A stretch of 64,000 bases of DNA from Leptolyngbyaceae cyanobacterium (lineage in GTDB: Bacteria > Cyanobacteriota > Cyanobacteriia > Phormidesmidales > Phormidesmidaceae). Where the stretch lies: NCBI GenBank assembly GCA_965263355.1, contig CBDHHL010000056.1, forward strand, positions 1,920,001 to 1,984,000, written 5' to 3'. The notes under the pieces are model-generated. The model did not search any database. It saw only the letters and a list, made by a program, of their open reading frames with translations, and was not told the DNA's origin. The position numbers and the translations under genes were made by a program. Positions 29,455 through 38,431 of the stretch are shown piece by piece (positions within the stretch are counted from its first letter, which is position 1; each line of letters opens with the position of its first letter).

Positions 29455-30444
29455 CTAAGACTCAATCGTTGAGGATTTCTCAAACGCTTTTATGGTTAGG
29501 GTGTGAGACTGCTGCATCGCCTCTTGCAATTGGACATTAACACTTTCAATTTGCTGAGTTTGTTCTTGAATTTTCTGTTCCAGGGATTGAATGGTAAATT
29601 CATAGCCCTGTTTAGTCGCTTCCCATTCTTTCTCTAGTAATGCCGCTTGTACCTCTGCATTTTGCTGCACAGAACTAGCGGACTCTTCTCTCGTTTCGTC
29701 TACTAACTGGTTAAGGTCAGCTGCGAAGACATCCACCTGCTGTTGATAGCCTTCTAAGAGAGACTGATTCTCTTCTAGAATTCTCTCCCGCTCTGTCCAC
29801 TGCCGCTCGTTGGCTTGTCTGGTATCTTGCAACTCTTTTTCTTGCTGCCGACGGGTCTCATCAAACTCATTAGCATCAATGGTTTGTTTTCGATCAAGTT
29901 CATACTGACAATCTGCTTCTTGCCGCTCGCGTTCTTTGGTTAACCGCTCTGTTTGTTCCTGTAAGGTTTGCTCAAAGTCGGCTTGCTCTTTGGTCCAGTG
30001 AGATCGCACCTCAACCATTTCTTTGTCCAGGGCTGCTTTCTGCTCAGCCTCTGTTTGCTCAAGGTTACTAAGCTTGTCCTGGTGCTCTTTGGTCAGCAGA
30101 TAAAGGGTATCAGCCACCACACGAATTTGTTTCAGGGTTTGTAGATGACGCGTTTCAATGTCAATCGCCTGATCCAGTTCTACCAGCTTCAAGGATTCGG
30201 CAGTTAATTTTTCTGATAGCTGAGTGACAATGCTACCAAACTCCAGCTGTAAGTCGGCCAACCCTTTAACAATACCGTCAATGGTATAGCCGGAAGCCAC
30301 GTTTAATACCTGTTCATTTCTGGCAGCTACGGCTTCCTCTTCTTTAGTGGCAATCCGTGATCCCAGCTTTTTTCGCTCAGTGAGAATTTGCTCAAAGGCA
30401 GCAAAAACCTGGTCCTTGCTATCCCGCGATGCAACCATCCCCAT
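29455..30444 (-). CDS. Coiled-coil-rich protein A (paralog of B)
   Basis: Shares FGS.V..LSEKLT, W.KEQ, W.ERE, L..KA.E motifs with B; GGAG SD before ATG 30444. Confidence 0.85.
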   Translation of the reverse strand: MGMVASRDSKDQVFAAFEQILTERKKLGSRIATKEEEAVAARNEQVLNVASGYTIDGIVKGLADLQLEFGSIVTQLSEKLTAESLKLVELDQAIDIETRHLQTLKQIRVVADTLYLLTKEHQDKLSNLEQTEAEQKAALDKEMVEVRSHWTKEQADFEQTLQEQTERLTKERERQEADCQYELDRKQTIDANEFDETRRQQEKELQDTRQANERQWTERERILEENQSLLEGYQQQVDVFAADLNQLVDETREESASSVQQNAEVQAALLEKEWEATKQGYEFTIQSLEQKIQEQTQQIESVNVQLQEAMQQSHTLTIKAFEKSSTIES

Positions 30445-30571
30445 CACTCCAGCAGACACATCAACAGGGCAATTCTGCCACCTATAAGTCAATAAAGTAA
30501 CAGCCCCTGATTAAACTTAATCCTTGGTCAGAGGTCTGCCTCAAGAGTATTCAGCATAGTAGTGAATGTGG

Positions 30572-30589
30572 CCTACCGCATTAGGTAGG
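30572..30589 (-). terminator. Hairpin after the displaced tRNA 3' fragment (possibly the original tRNA terminator)
   Basis: CCTACC-GCATTA-GGTAGG. Confidence 0.45.
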
Positions 30590-30598
30590 GGATCAATT

Positions 30599-30631
30599 AA
30601 CGGGACTGGCGCGATTCGAACGCGCGACCTA
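30599..30631 (-). repeat. att-like 33-bp duplicate of tRNA-Arg 3' end
   Basis: AACGGGACTGGCGCGATTCGAACGCGCGACCTA identical to 31308-31340. Confidence 0.92.
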
Positions 30632-30897
30632 GCATGCCAAACTATTCAGATTGACCTCTTTATAGCTTGTTAACGTTGATCTCAAAAAACGACATGCGCG
30701 CTACATTTTATCGTGGGTGCTTCAGCTGCTCATAGCGCAGTGAAACGTCTACAGTAGTGAAAAAGCTGAGCGGTTCGATGGATTAACTTGGAATTTGGGA
30801 TAGCGCTTCGTAGTTTTTGAGATGTTTTGAGTATTCCGCATAGCCTACTCAGTGATTGACTCTTGGGTGCTCTGAAAGATCTCTAATGCCCACAGTC

Positions 30898-31116
30898 CTA
30901 GTCAGTCGAAGGATCATCGGCATAAATCATCAAATCACCAGGCTGACACCTTAACGCTTTGCACAACGCACTGAGCGTCTCAGCATCAATCCGACTTACC
31001 TGACGACGAACTTTCAACCTTGAAATTGAGCGCTCACTGATACCCGTGAGTGCGGCCAGATCCTTATTACGGACATTCCTTTCCGCCATGATGATTGCGA
31101 GTCGCCAATGGATCAC
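30898..31116 (-). CDS. XRE/Cro-family HTH transcriptional regulator (HTH_26-like)
   Basis: LAIIMAER...LAALTGIS...ISRL...LCKALRCQPGDL. Confidence 0.88.
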   Translation of the reverse strand: MIHWRLAIIMAERNVRNKDLAALTGISERSISRLKVRRQVSRIDAETLSALCKALRCQPGDLMIYADDPSTD

Positions 31117-31254
31117 GTCTAGCGATTGATACGTATTGCCAAGCAGATGCTAGCACCAACCCACAGATGTAGTTCACAAATACAGCCTTGACATCTAAAA
31201 ATAGACGCTAGCAGTTGTTTTTACTCCTTTCAAAAGCTATAGTTACTAAAAATA

Positions 31255-31283
31255 AGCTGGCTTCCAACCAATGGAAGCCAGCT
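31255..31283 (-). terminator. Rho-independent terminator of tRNA-Arg
   Basis: AGCTGGCTTCCA-ACCAA-TGGAAGCCAGCT, followed on the minus strand by a T-rich run. Confidence 0.8.
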
Positions 31284-31346
31284 AAAGGATAGTGCTTTGA
31301 TCATTTGAACGGGACTGGCGCGATTCGAACGCGCGACCTACCGCTT

Positions 31347-32038
31347 CAGATTTGTGTGAGTTTCCCCACTCTCTGGACTATACCTTCACCTTGGGCAAAT
31401 GCCTTTAGGTGGTAGCCGTCTAGTCTCTACACCTTCTTAGCCATCGATGCTTAATCAACAGCACTCAGCCGTCAATTATTACATTGTCCACTTGACTGAG
31501 CTTGGCTCGGTATTGCCATGAAGTGTCGCTACTGCGGTCAGCTAACAACCAATCCAATGTTTTGCAATCGCTCTTGTGCAGCATCTTTTAACAATAAGAA
31601 AGTGCCGAAAAAACGCAAACAACAAAAGTACTGTAAACATTGTAGAGTCCCAGTCTTCGGTAGACGAACTACCTGTGATAACTGCAACCCATCGTATGTA
31701 GATTGGACGAAAGTTACCCTAGGAGAAGTTAAACAAAAAGCATCTTTTCAGTATTCTGCAAGAGTCAGACAGCTTGCTCGAAAGCTTTACCGTCAGTCAC
31801 ACAAACCACAAGAATGCCTAATTTGCAGCTACGACAAGCATTTTGAAGTTTGCCATAGACGAGCAATCAATGAGTTTCCTGATGATGCTTTCATCGCAGA
31901 AGTCAATGACTTAGACAATCTGGTTGCTCTTTGTCCCAATCACCATTGGGAACTTGACCACAATCACCTCACTTTTTAGGTTTCACCGACTTTGACTACA
32001 TTCACACGCGAGGTTTCCCCACACGGTGCCCGATATTC
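31347..32038 (-). ncRNA. Group I self-splicing intron (IC3-like, Azoarcus type), 692 nt
   Basis: Exon ends in U, P1 CCU/GA-AUA-UC-GGG with U.G at the splice site; GUCAAAGUCGGUGAAACC, GGCAAUACCGAGCCAAGC, GAAGGUGUAGAGACUAGACGG, GGUGAAGGUAUAGUCCA, GAAA tetraloops in P2/P9, terminal omega-G at 31347. Confidence 0.95.
31518..31979 (+). CDS. Intron-encoded Zn-finger HNH endonuclease (putative homing endonuclease), antisense to intron
   Basis: CxxC..CxxxC and CxxC..CxxC N-terminal motifs; CLIC...EVCH...NDLDNLVALCPNHH HNH core; wholly inside the intron. Confidence 0.85.
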   Translation: MKCRYCGQLTTNPMFCNRSCAASFNNKKVPKKRKQQKYCKHCRVPVFGRRTTCDNCNPSYVDWTKVTLGEVKQKASFQYSARVRQLARKLYRQSHKPQECLICSYDKHFEVCHRRAINEFPDDAFIAEVNDLDNLVALCPNHHWELDHNHLTF

Positions 32039-32158
32039 AGGAGGCGGTTGCTCTATCCAGCTGAGCTACAGCCCCAAAGCTGGTCTATATAAACATACAC
32101 TTTATAGCCCGTCCGTAAGGATGCCGTCAGTAAATTCCGCAACATGGCGGAATGAAGC

Positions 32159-32932
32159 TTAGTTTTCTACCCAGCGGGGCACATACTTCCAACCATTCTT
32201 AAGAATTTTGCGATAAGGCTCAAAACCAGGCATCTTTTCACCCACTAGCTGCCAAAACGCCTTGGAATGGTTCATATGGACCGTATGACACAGTTCATGC
32301 ACCAGAACGTAGTGCACCACTTCTTTAGGTAAAAACAGCAGCTTGTAGTTCAGACTAATGTTTTTACTACTAGAACAACTGGCCCAGCGCGTTTTCTGTC
32401 CCCGTACCGACGGTCGCTTAAACGGTAGTTCCAGGTCAAAGCTCAGCTGTCGTAGCCAGGGCACTAATTCCCGATGTGCCTTATGACCTAACCACTCACA
32501 CAGCACCTGATTACAGATAGACACCTGGTCAACATGACCCCGCACCTTTAATCCATGCCCCGGCAATGGAATACACAGGGTAGGCCCCTGATCAGCCTCA
32601 TAACTGACCTGCCAAATTTCGCTGGGGTCAGTTTGGGCTAGGGGAGCTTGCCAGCGCAGTTCAAGTTTTTCTGGTTTTATGGTCTGCCAATCATTGGCCG
32701 TATCCCGATGTTCACTTAGCAGCTGAGCCCGATTTTTTAGAATCCAATCGCGACGTTTGGCAATTAGCTCCGGTAACTTATTGCAGTTATACCGGGGCGG
32801 GACCACCACCTCCACACTGCCATCCACGGCGATTTTGATCGACACATGTTTTGCCCGCTTGCTTTGACGGACAGTGTAATCAAATTCGTTTGATAAGGGG
32901 GCGGATGGTGGAAACAGCTCTAACTGCACCAT
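32159..32932 (-). CDS. YgjP/SprT-like (DUF45) zinc metallopeptidase
   Basis: QKTRWASCS, YVLVHELCH, NHSKAFW. Confidence 0.92.
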   Translation of the reverse strand: MVQLELFPPSAPLSNEFDYTVRQSKRAKHVSIKIAVDGSVEVVVPPRYNCNKLPELIAKRRDWILKNRAQLLSEHRDTANDWQTIKPEKLELRWQAPLAQTDPSEIWQVSYEADQGPTLCIPLPGHGLKVRGHVDQVSICNQVLCEWLGHKAHRELVPWLRQLSFDLELPFKRPSVRGQKTRWASCSSSKNISLNYKLLFLPKEVVHYVLVHELCHTVHMNHSKAFWQLVGEKMPGFEPYRKILKNGWKYVPRWVEN

Positions 32933-33115
32933 GGCTAAGTTTGGGGTTTACGGGGTCCTAAGTTGAACTTACATGATGCCAGTAGATTCTAAGGCGTTCA
33001 ATCCAAAACTCAAAATTAAGCACTCAAAACGCCCATTGCCGATTGCCGACTGATCAAAAACTCCTTAAGCATGCCTCCATTTTGCTGCAGGAATGCCTAT
33101 TTGCCTTGATACTAT

Positions 33116-34432
33116 GTGAACCAAGAAAATTGGCTTATAACCGAATCATTAAATATGGCCCAATTAAAAACGCGACTATGGGTATTGATAGCAGCAATGT
33201 TAATGTTGGGTGCCTGTGGTGGTGGTGATGGGGCGTCTTCTGAAAGTGACGAAAAAACCGTAACTATCCTGGGCGTAATTGTTGGAGAACAGCAGGAAAA
33301 ATTAGAAACAGCACTAAAACCCTTTGAAGAAGAAACGGGTATTGATGTCATCTACGAGGGTACCGATTCCTTCGCAACGTTATTACCCGAAAGAGTAGAG
33401 GCGGGGGATGCACCAGATATCGCCATGTTCCCACAGCCAGGTATGATGGCTAGTTTTGCCAATGCTGGGCAAATGGTCCCCATGACGGAATTTATAGACA
33501 AGGACACCCTAACCGAGGCCTTTGCAGAAAGTTGGTTATCTCTGACCACATTTAATGATGACCTCTATGGCATCTGGTATCGGGCTTCAGTAAAAAGTTT
33601 GGTGTGGTATAACCCAAAGGCGTTTGCCGCCCAGGGGTTTACGGTGCCAACGAGTTGGGATGAAATGCTTGCTCTTAGCGATCAGATTGTTGCGGCGGGT
33701 GTCATGCCGTGGTGTATCGGACTGGAAAGTGGTGAAGCCACGGGTTGGCCCGGTACTGACTGGATCGAAGATATCATGCTGCGCACAGCTGGACCGGAGA
33801 TTTACGACCAGTGGATCAACCATGAGATTCCATTTAATAATGATGCGGTTCAGGCAGCCTTTGAGCAGTTTGGCAAAATTGTTCTCAATGAAACCTACGT
33901 GGTAGGAGGAACAACTGGAGCCATTAGTACCCCCTTTGGCGATGCTCCGCAGGGATTATTTGGGGATATACCCACTTGTTATATGCACCGTCAAGCCAAC
34001 TTTATTAGCCGTTTCTTACCTGAGGATGTGAATCTGACAGAGGATGTGGATATCTTTTTGCTACCGAGCATTGATCCTGCTTACGGTACACCCGTTCTAG
34101 TTGCTGGGGATGTGTTCGGCATGTTTAACGATACTCCAGAAGCTCGGGCGTTCATGGAGTATTTGGCCACACCAATACCCCATAAAATTTGGGTGGGTCT
34201 GGGGGGATTCTTGTCACCCCACAAGCAGGTGAGTCTGGAGGCATACCCCGATGCTCTGAGCAAAAAACAAGCAGAGTTTTTGAGCGACGCTGAGACAATT
34301 CGGTTTGATGGTTCGGATATGATGCCAGAGGCTGTGGGTACTGGTACTTTCTGGGCCGGTGTGGTGGATTATGTGGCGGGTGAACCGGTGGAAGAGGTAT
34401 TGGATACGATTGAGGCGAGTTGGCCAGAATAA
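33116..34432 (+). CDS. Sugar ABC transporter substrate-binding lipoprotein (GgtB/AglE-like)
   Basis: LGAC lipobox, KSLVWYN, GWPGTDWIEDIMLR, RFDGSD; true start may be ATG 33155. Confidence 0.9.
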   Translation: MNQENWLITESLNMAQLKTRLWVLIAAMLMLGACGGGDGASSESDEKTVTILGVIVGEQQEKLETALKPFEEETGIDVIYEGTDSFATLLPERVEAGDAPDIAMFPQPGMMASFANAGQMVPMTEFIDKDTLTEAFAESWLSLTTFNDDLYGIWYRASVKSLVWYNPKAFAAQGFTVPTSWDEMLALSDQIVAAGVMPWCIGLESGEATGWPGTDWIEDIMLRTAGPEIYDQWINHEIPFNNDAVQAAFEQFGKIVLNETYVVGGTTGAISTPFGDAPQGLFGDIPTCYMHRQANFISRFLPEDVNLTEDVDIFLLPSIDPAYGTPVLVAGDVFGMFNDTPEARAFMEYLATPIPHKIWVGLGGFLSPHKQVSLEAYPDALSKKQAEFLSDAETIRFDGSDMMPEAVGTGTFWAGVVDYVAGEPVEEVLDTIEASWPE

Positions 34433-34461
34433 ATTTTCGGACAGTATGGAGGCGAAAATTT

Positions 34462-35511
34462 ATGCCCGATAATGTGTTGCGGGTTTTGACGGCGTTGGTT
34501 GCGATCGCACTTGGCTCCATTGGCACCTTTGCCATTTTCTACAGCCTTAACCTACTGGTAGAACAATTTTCCCGTCCCTGGAAAAACCGAATTTTACCCT
34601 GGATCTACATGGGGCCAGCGGTGCTAATGCTCACCGCCTATCTAGTGCTACCCACCCTGCGAACGTTGTATATCAGCTTTTTGGATAGCCGTTCACAAAA
34701 GTTTGTTGGGTTCAAGAACTATGTTTTTGCCCTGACTAACCCAGATATGGTGATTGCCTTTCGTAATAACCTGCTGTGGTTGGTACTAGTATCAGCCCTG
34801 AGCGTCAGTCTGGGGCTAATCATTGCGGTACTGGTGGACCGGGTAAACTACGAAGCAACTGCTAAGTCACTGATCTTTCTGCCCATGGCCATTTCCTTTG
34901 TGGGAGCAAGTGTAATTTGGCGGTTTGTCTATGCATTTAAACCGGCGGGCAGTGACCAAATTGGTTTTTTAAACGCAGTACGTCAGGTATTGGGGTTAGC
35001 GCCCTTGGGCTGGCTCATTGAACGGAATGGTTTACTGGAGCCCCTATGGGAAGCACTGGCAGTGCCGAGTATTCCTGGGTTACCCACCTTGTTACCGTTG
35101 AATACCCTGGCCTTAATTGTCATTATGATCTGGCTGCAAACCGGTTTTTGCATGGTGCTGCTGTCGGCAGCGGTGAAGGGTATTCCCAACGATGTGATTG
35201 AAGCGGCACGGATCGATGGGGCCAATGAGTTTCAGATTTTTCGGCGCATCATTGTGCCCATGATCATGCCTACCATCACGGTGGTGACCACAACAGTTGT
35301 AGTAGCTGTACTCAAGATATTTGACATTGTTTACGTGATGACCGGTGGCAACCTGGATACGGATGTGATTGCTAGCCGCATGATCAAAGAAATGTTTAAA
35401 TTTAGAAACTTTGGTCACGGCAGCGCCATTGCCACAGTCCTTCTCCTGGCAGTGATTCCAGTAATGATAACCAACATTCGTCGTTTTACTCAGCAGGAAG
35501 CCAACCGATGA
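34462..35511 (+). CDS. Sugar ABC permease (GgtC/AglF-like)
   Basis: PMAISFVGASVIW, EAARIDGA loop. Confidence 0.92.
   Translation: MPDNVLRVLTALVAIALGSIGTFAIFYSLNLLVEQFSRPWKNRILPWIYMGPAVLMLTAYLVLPTLRTLYISFLDSRSQKFVGFKNYVFALTNPDMVIAFRNNLLWLVLVSALSVSLGLIIAVLVDRVNYEATAKSLIFLPMAISFVGASVIWRFVYAFKPAGSDQIGFLNAVRQVLGLAPLGWLIERNGLLEPLWEALAVPSIPGLPTLLPLNTLALIVIMIWLQTGFCMVLLSAAVKGIPNDVIEAARIDGANEFQIFRRIIVPMIMPTITVVTTTVVVAVLKIFDIVYVMTGGNLDTDVIASRMIKEMFKFRNFGHGSAIATVLLLAVIPVMITNIRRFTQQEANR
34501..34508. repeat. HIP1 octamer GCGATCGC (example; more than 20 copies across the window)
   Basis: Recurrent GCGATCGC, e.g. near 3490, 7214, 10413, 16090, 24590, 34501, 50957, 63003; cyanobacterial hallmark. Confidence 0.9.
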
Positions 35512-36377
35512 AAATTGCCCGTGTGTCGACTCCTGGTTGGTTCAAACGGTTGCCATTGCATACAGCGGTAGTTACAATCGCACTCCTCTGGACCTTACCC
35601 ACGGTTGGTCTACTGATCAGTTCTTTCCGACGTCAGGATGATTTACTCCAAAACGGCTGGTGGACGGTTTTCAACCATCCCTTTGACCTGGCCCAGTTCC
35701 ACATCGGTAATTACGGGAATGTGTTAGCTAGCCAGGGCATGGGGCAGGCATTTTTGAACAGTTTGGTGATTTCAGTCCCGGCCACGGTGATGCCCATCTC
35801 CATCGCAACCTTTGCCGCCTATGCCCTGGCCTGGATGAAGTTTCCAGGACGTCAGGTGATCTTTGTAGCTATCGTCGGCTTATTAGTAGTACCGCTACAG
35901 ATGACGCTGATTCCAGTGTTGCGAGTGTATAACGAACTCGGTTTAGCCGGTAGTTTTCTGGCAGTATGGCTGGCCCATACAGGCTATGGACTACCGTTGG
36001 GTATATACCTGTTGCGTAACTACATTGCCTCGTTACCACGGGATCTAATTGAAGCAGCCGCCGTAGACGGGGCATCTCACCTGAAGATTTTTATGCGGTT
36101 GATTTTACCGCTGTCGATGCCTGCGATCGCATCCTTTGCTGTTTTCCAATTCCTCTGGGTCTGGAACGATCTGCTGGTGGCGCTCATATATCTAGGCGGC
36201 AACCAAAATGCAGCCCCGGTTACCCTGGTACTGCGCAACCTGGCAGGTGACCGAGGACAAGACTGGCACCTGCTGACAGCTGGAGCCTTTATCTCTATGG
36301 TGATACCGCTAGCAGTCTTTTTTGCCCTACAACGATATTTTGTGCGCGGACTGTTGGCGGGCTCTGTGAAAGGTTAG
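35508..36377 (+). CDS. Sugar ABC permease (GgtD/AglG-like)
   Basis: EAAAVDGA, FLWVWNDLL, QRYFVRGLLAGSVKG; ATGA overlap. Confidence 0.92.
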   Translation: MKIARVSTPGWFKRLPLHTAVVTIALLWTLPTVGLLISSFRRQDDLLQNGWWTVFNHPFDLAQFHIGNYGNVLASQGMGQAFLNSLVISVPATVMPISIATFAAYALAWMKFPGRQVIFVAIVGLLVVPLQMTLIPVLRVYNELGLAGSFLAVWLAHTGYGLPLGIYLLRNYIASLPRDLIEAAAVDGASHLKIFMRLILPLSMPAIASFAVFQFLWVWNDLLVALIYLGGNQNAAPVTLVLRNLAGDRGQDWHLLTAGAFISMVIPLAVFFALQRYFVRGLLAGSVKG

Positions 36378-36396
36378 TTTCCTGCAATTGCTAGCA

Positions 36397-36585
36397 CTAA
36401 ACAGACCGATAAAACGCTGAAGACTCTTGCCGGTTGACGCGCTGGTGAACTGTAGAAAATGATTGGGTGATTGCTGTGGTTGCTGCCTGAGGCATCTCTT
36501 GACGACAGTTTGAACAATACCAATAGATATTTCTATGACGAATATGACGTAGTAAAGAACTATTACAGCAAAGACAGTTATTCAT
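36397..36585 (-). CDS. Small Cys-rich cyanobacterial protein (zinc-ribbon-like)
   Basis: CLCC...LLRHIR....YWYCSNCRQEMP pattern. Confidence 0.75.
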   Translation of the reverse strand: MNNCLCCNSSLLRHIRHRNIYWYCSNCRQEMPQAATTAITQSFSTVHQRVNRQESSAFYRSV

Positions 36586-37080
36586 AATCCCTTGATGCTG
36601 ATGTGACGAAGTGAGCTAAGAAAAATGACGCATCGAACTTGATGACGTCTAATAGTAAGCAATAAATGTGAGCAAACTATGAAGAACATCCCACTGTAAT
36701 GTGGCAAACAGTGCAAAAAGTCATCACAAAATCAAATCTTGTTGATTGGATTAGCATGAACAAACAACATTAGTCGTATCAGTAAGCTTGGTCTGTAGAA
36801 GGCTTGATGCGATCTATCTTTTTTGAGTCTGTTGTTGGGGTTCTTGATGACCACCGATGTCACCACCCACGTAATAGAGGCGTTGGTGTTAATGAGAGCA
36901 ATGTTTGTAATTAATTCCTGATGCTCACAAAATCTTCAGATTTTTTTTCTATACTAAATTTTATATAACACAAGCAGAGTCGCTTCCTTTGTCTTGCATT
37001 GCTCTACTTACATCAGTAGGTATGAAGTTGCCGATATTAGCGTCCAAAGTTCACCAACATTTTTAGAAAACAGATTAACT

Positions 37081-37458
37081 ATGCAATGCACTACCACGCC
37101 CGTCTCCCAGTTTTTATCAGATAAGGTTGCCAGCGTTTTATCAGGCTACCCCGTCTATCCCTATCAAGTTGCGTTAAACAATGAGGCTATCCAACGGTTA
37201 CTGCTGGATTATGTCGAATGCCAGCTTAAACAAGCCATGCCTACACTGGAGTCCGATGACCAGTGGCAACGCTTACCCCAATATGCCCACCAATTTGTGG
37301 ATTTAGAACTACGTTTAGAAAGCTACATCTATTGGGGTATTGAGTACATTATTCAGAATCAGTTTGATCTGTTATTGAGCACAGAAGAGCCTACAGAACT
37401 CTCTTGGACTGTGCAAGATATGACCCAAGCCTGTATGCCCTCCTATTGGTTTGGCTGA
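37081..37458 (+). CDS. Hypothetical cyanobacterial protein
   Basis: YP..PYQ motif, C-terminal PSYWFG; start set to ATG 37081. Confidence 0.7.
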   Translation: MQCTTTPVSQFLSDKVASVLSGYPVYPYQVALNNEAIQRLLLDYVECQLKQAMPTLESDDQWQRLPQYAHQFVDLELRLESYIYWGIEYIIQNQFDLLLSTEEPTELSWTVQDMTQACMPSYWFG

Positions 37459-37527
37459 TACAGCCCCGCCAACAACAAGTAAATCGATGTGCTGATTGCA
37501 GCACTAACCCCCTAAAATACTATAAGA

Positions 37528-38295
37528 CTAATCGCTGCTGAGGACCTTCTCTTCTTCGTCCTCAGCAGCTTCTACAGCCGTTATAACGGGTACCTTCAAA
37601 GCAATTTCATCGGCCACATCAGGTTCCACACGTTTTGAGAAACCCCAGGCAAAGATGGCAGCAATCAGCATTACCATAGCCCAATAGGGCGGTACCCAAC
37701 TTTCATTGATTACCCGTGTTAATAGCCGCAAACCTACAAACGCGACGGTGACAAACCCTGCATCTTCAAGATGGACATACTCATTGAGCCAGCGAATAAA
37801 CAAACCGGCCATAAACCGCAGAGCAATAATTCCAATGGTGCCCCCCAATAAGATAATGGCCACTTCATCCGACAGGGCAATGGCAGTGGTTACGCTATCG
37901 AGAGAAAACGCCAGGTCCGTAAACGCAATAATTGGGATAGCTTGCCATAGGGAGGAAAACTTGGGGCCATGGTGCTGCTCATCATTGTCTCCGCTATCGC
38001 TGAAGTGTTGATACACCAGCCATAATAAATAGGCTGCTCCAGCCACCTCAAATTGCCAGAACTTGAGCACCCAGTTGGCCGTCAATATCAATAGCATACG
38101 TAGCACAAAGGCGACGATTAGCCCCAAATTAAGGGCTCGCTTTTGATCGTCTTTTGACTCTAAGCCTTGGGCAATGGCGGCCAGTGCGATCGCATTATCC
38201 GCTGATAAGACTGCTTCCAGCGCAATCAATACGGGTAATAGAAGTAATGTGTCCAGCCCTAAGTTAGGGGACCATTCAAGTAACTGATCTAACAT
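37528..38295 (-). CDS. TerC family membrane protein
   Basis: LEAVLSADNA, DLAFSLDSV. Confidence 0.93.
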   Translation of the reverse strand: MLDQLLEWSPNLGLDTLLLLPVLIALEAVLSADNAIALAAIAQGLESKDDQKRALNLGLIVAFVLRMLLILTANWVLKFWQFEVAGAAYLLWLVYQHFSDSGDNDEQHHGPKFSSLWQAIPIIAFTDLAFSLDSVTTAIALSDEVAIILLGGTIGIIALRFMAGLFIRWLNEYVHLEDAGFVTVAFVGLRLLTRVINESWVPPYWAMVMLIAAIFAWGFSKRVEPDVADEIALKVPVITAVEAAEDEEEKVLSSD

Positions 38296-38431
38296 CTAGC
38301 CCTTACAGTGTGCGCTCCCTACAGTGAACATATCCTTGACAGTTGGGCCTAGCTCACCCTTGTTTAGAATAGAACAGATATAATCCGCTACCCCTCATCG
38401 ATCAGAGAAACTACTGATTTCCCACCTGCCT

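Larger units (their letters stand above)
30599..31340. mobile_element. Mini integrative element/remnant island at tRNA-Arg 3' end
   Basis: Bounded by 33-bp direct repeats 709 bp apart; carries an XRE gene, no integrase seen. Confidence 0.7.
31310..32075 (-). tRNA. trnR-CCU: tRNA-Arg(CCU), split by group I intron (exon1 32075-32039, exon2 31346-31310)
   Basis: Joined exons give a 74-nt cloverleaf GGGGCTG-TA-GCTC AGCTGGATA GAGC-A-ACCGC CT CCT AA GCGGT-AGGTC-GCGCG TTCGAAT CGCGC-CAGTCCC-G; CCA not encoded. Confidence 0.95.

Noticed and set aside
30599..30680. Possible second tRNA gene
   Set aside because: Only the T-arm and acceptor 3' strand are present; there is no anticodon arm, D-arm or 5' half, so it is treated as an att-like duplicate
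31347..32038. IStron or RNA-guided (IscB/TnpB-type) element interpretation
   Set aside because: No TnpA, TnpB or RuvC motifs; the ORF is a small stand-alone HNH inside P5 and the flanking RNA is fully explained by the group I core
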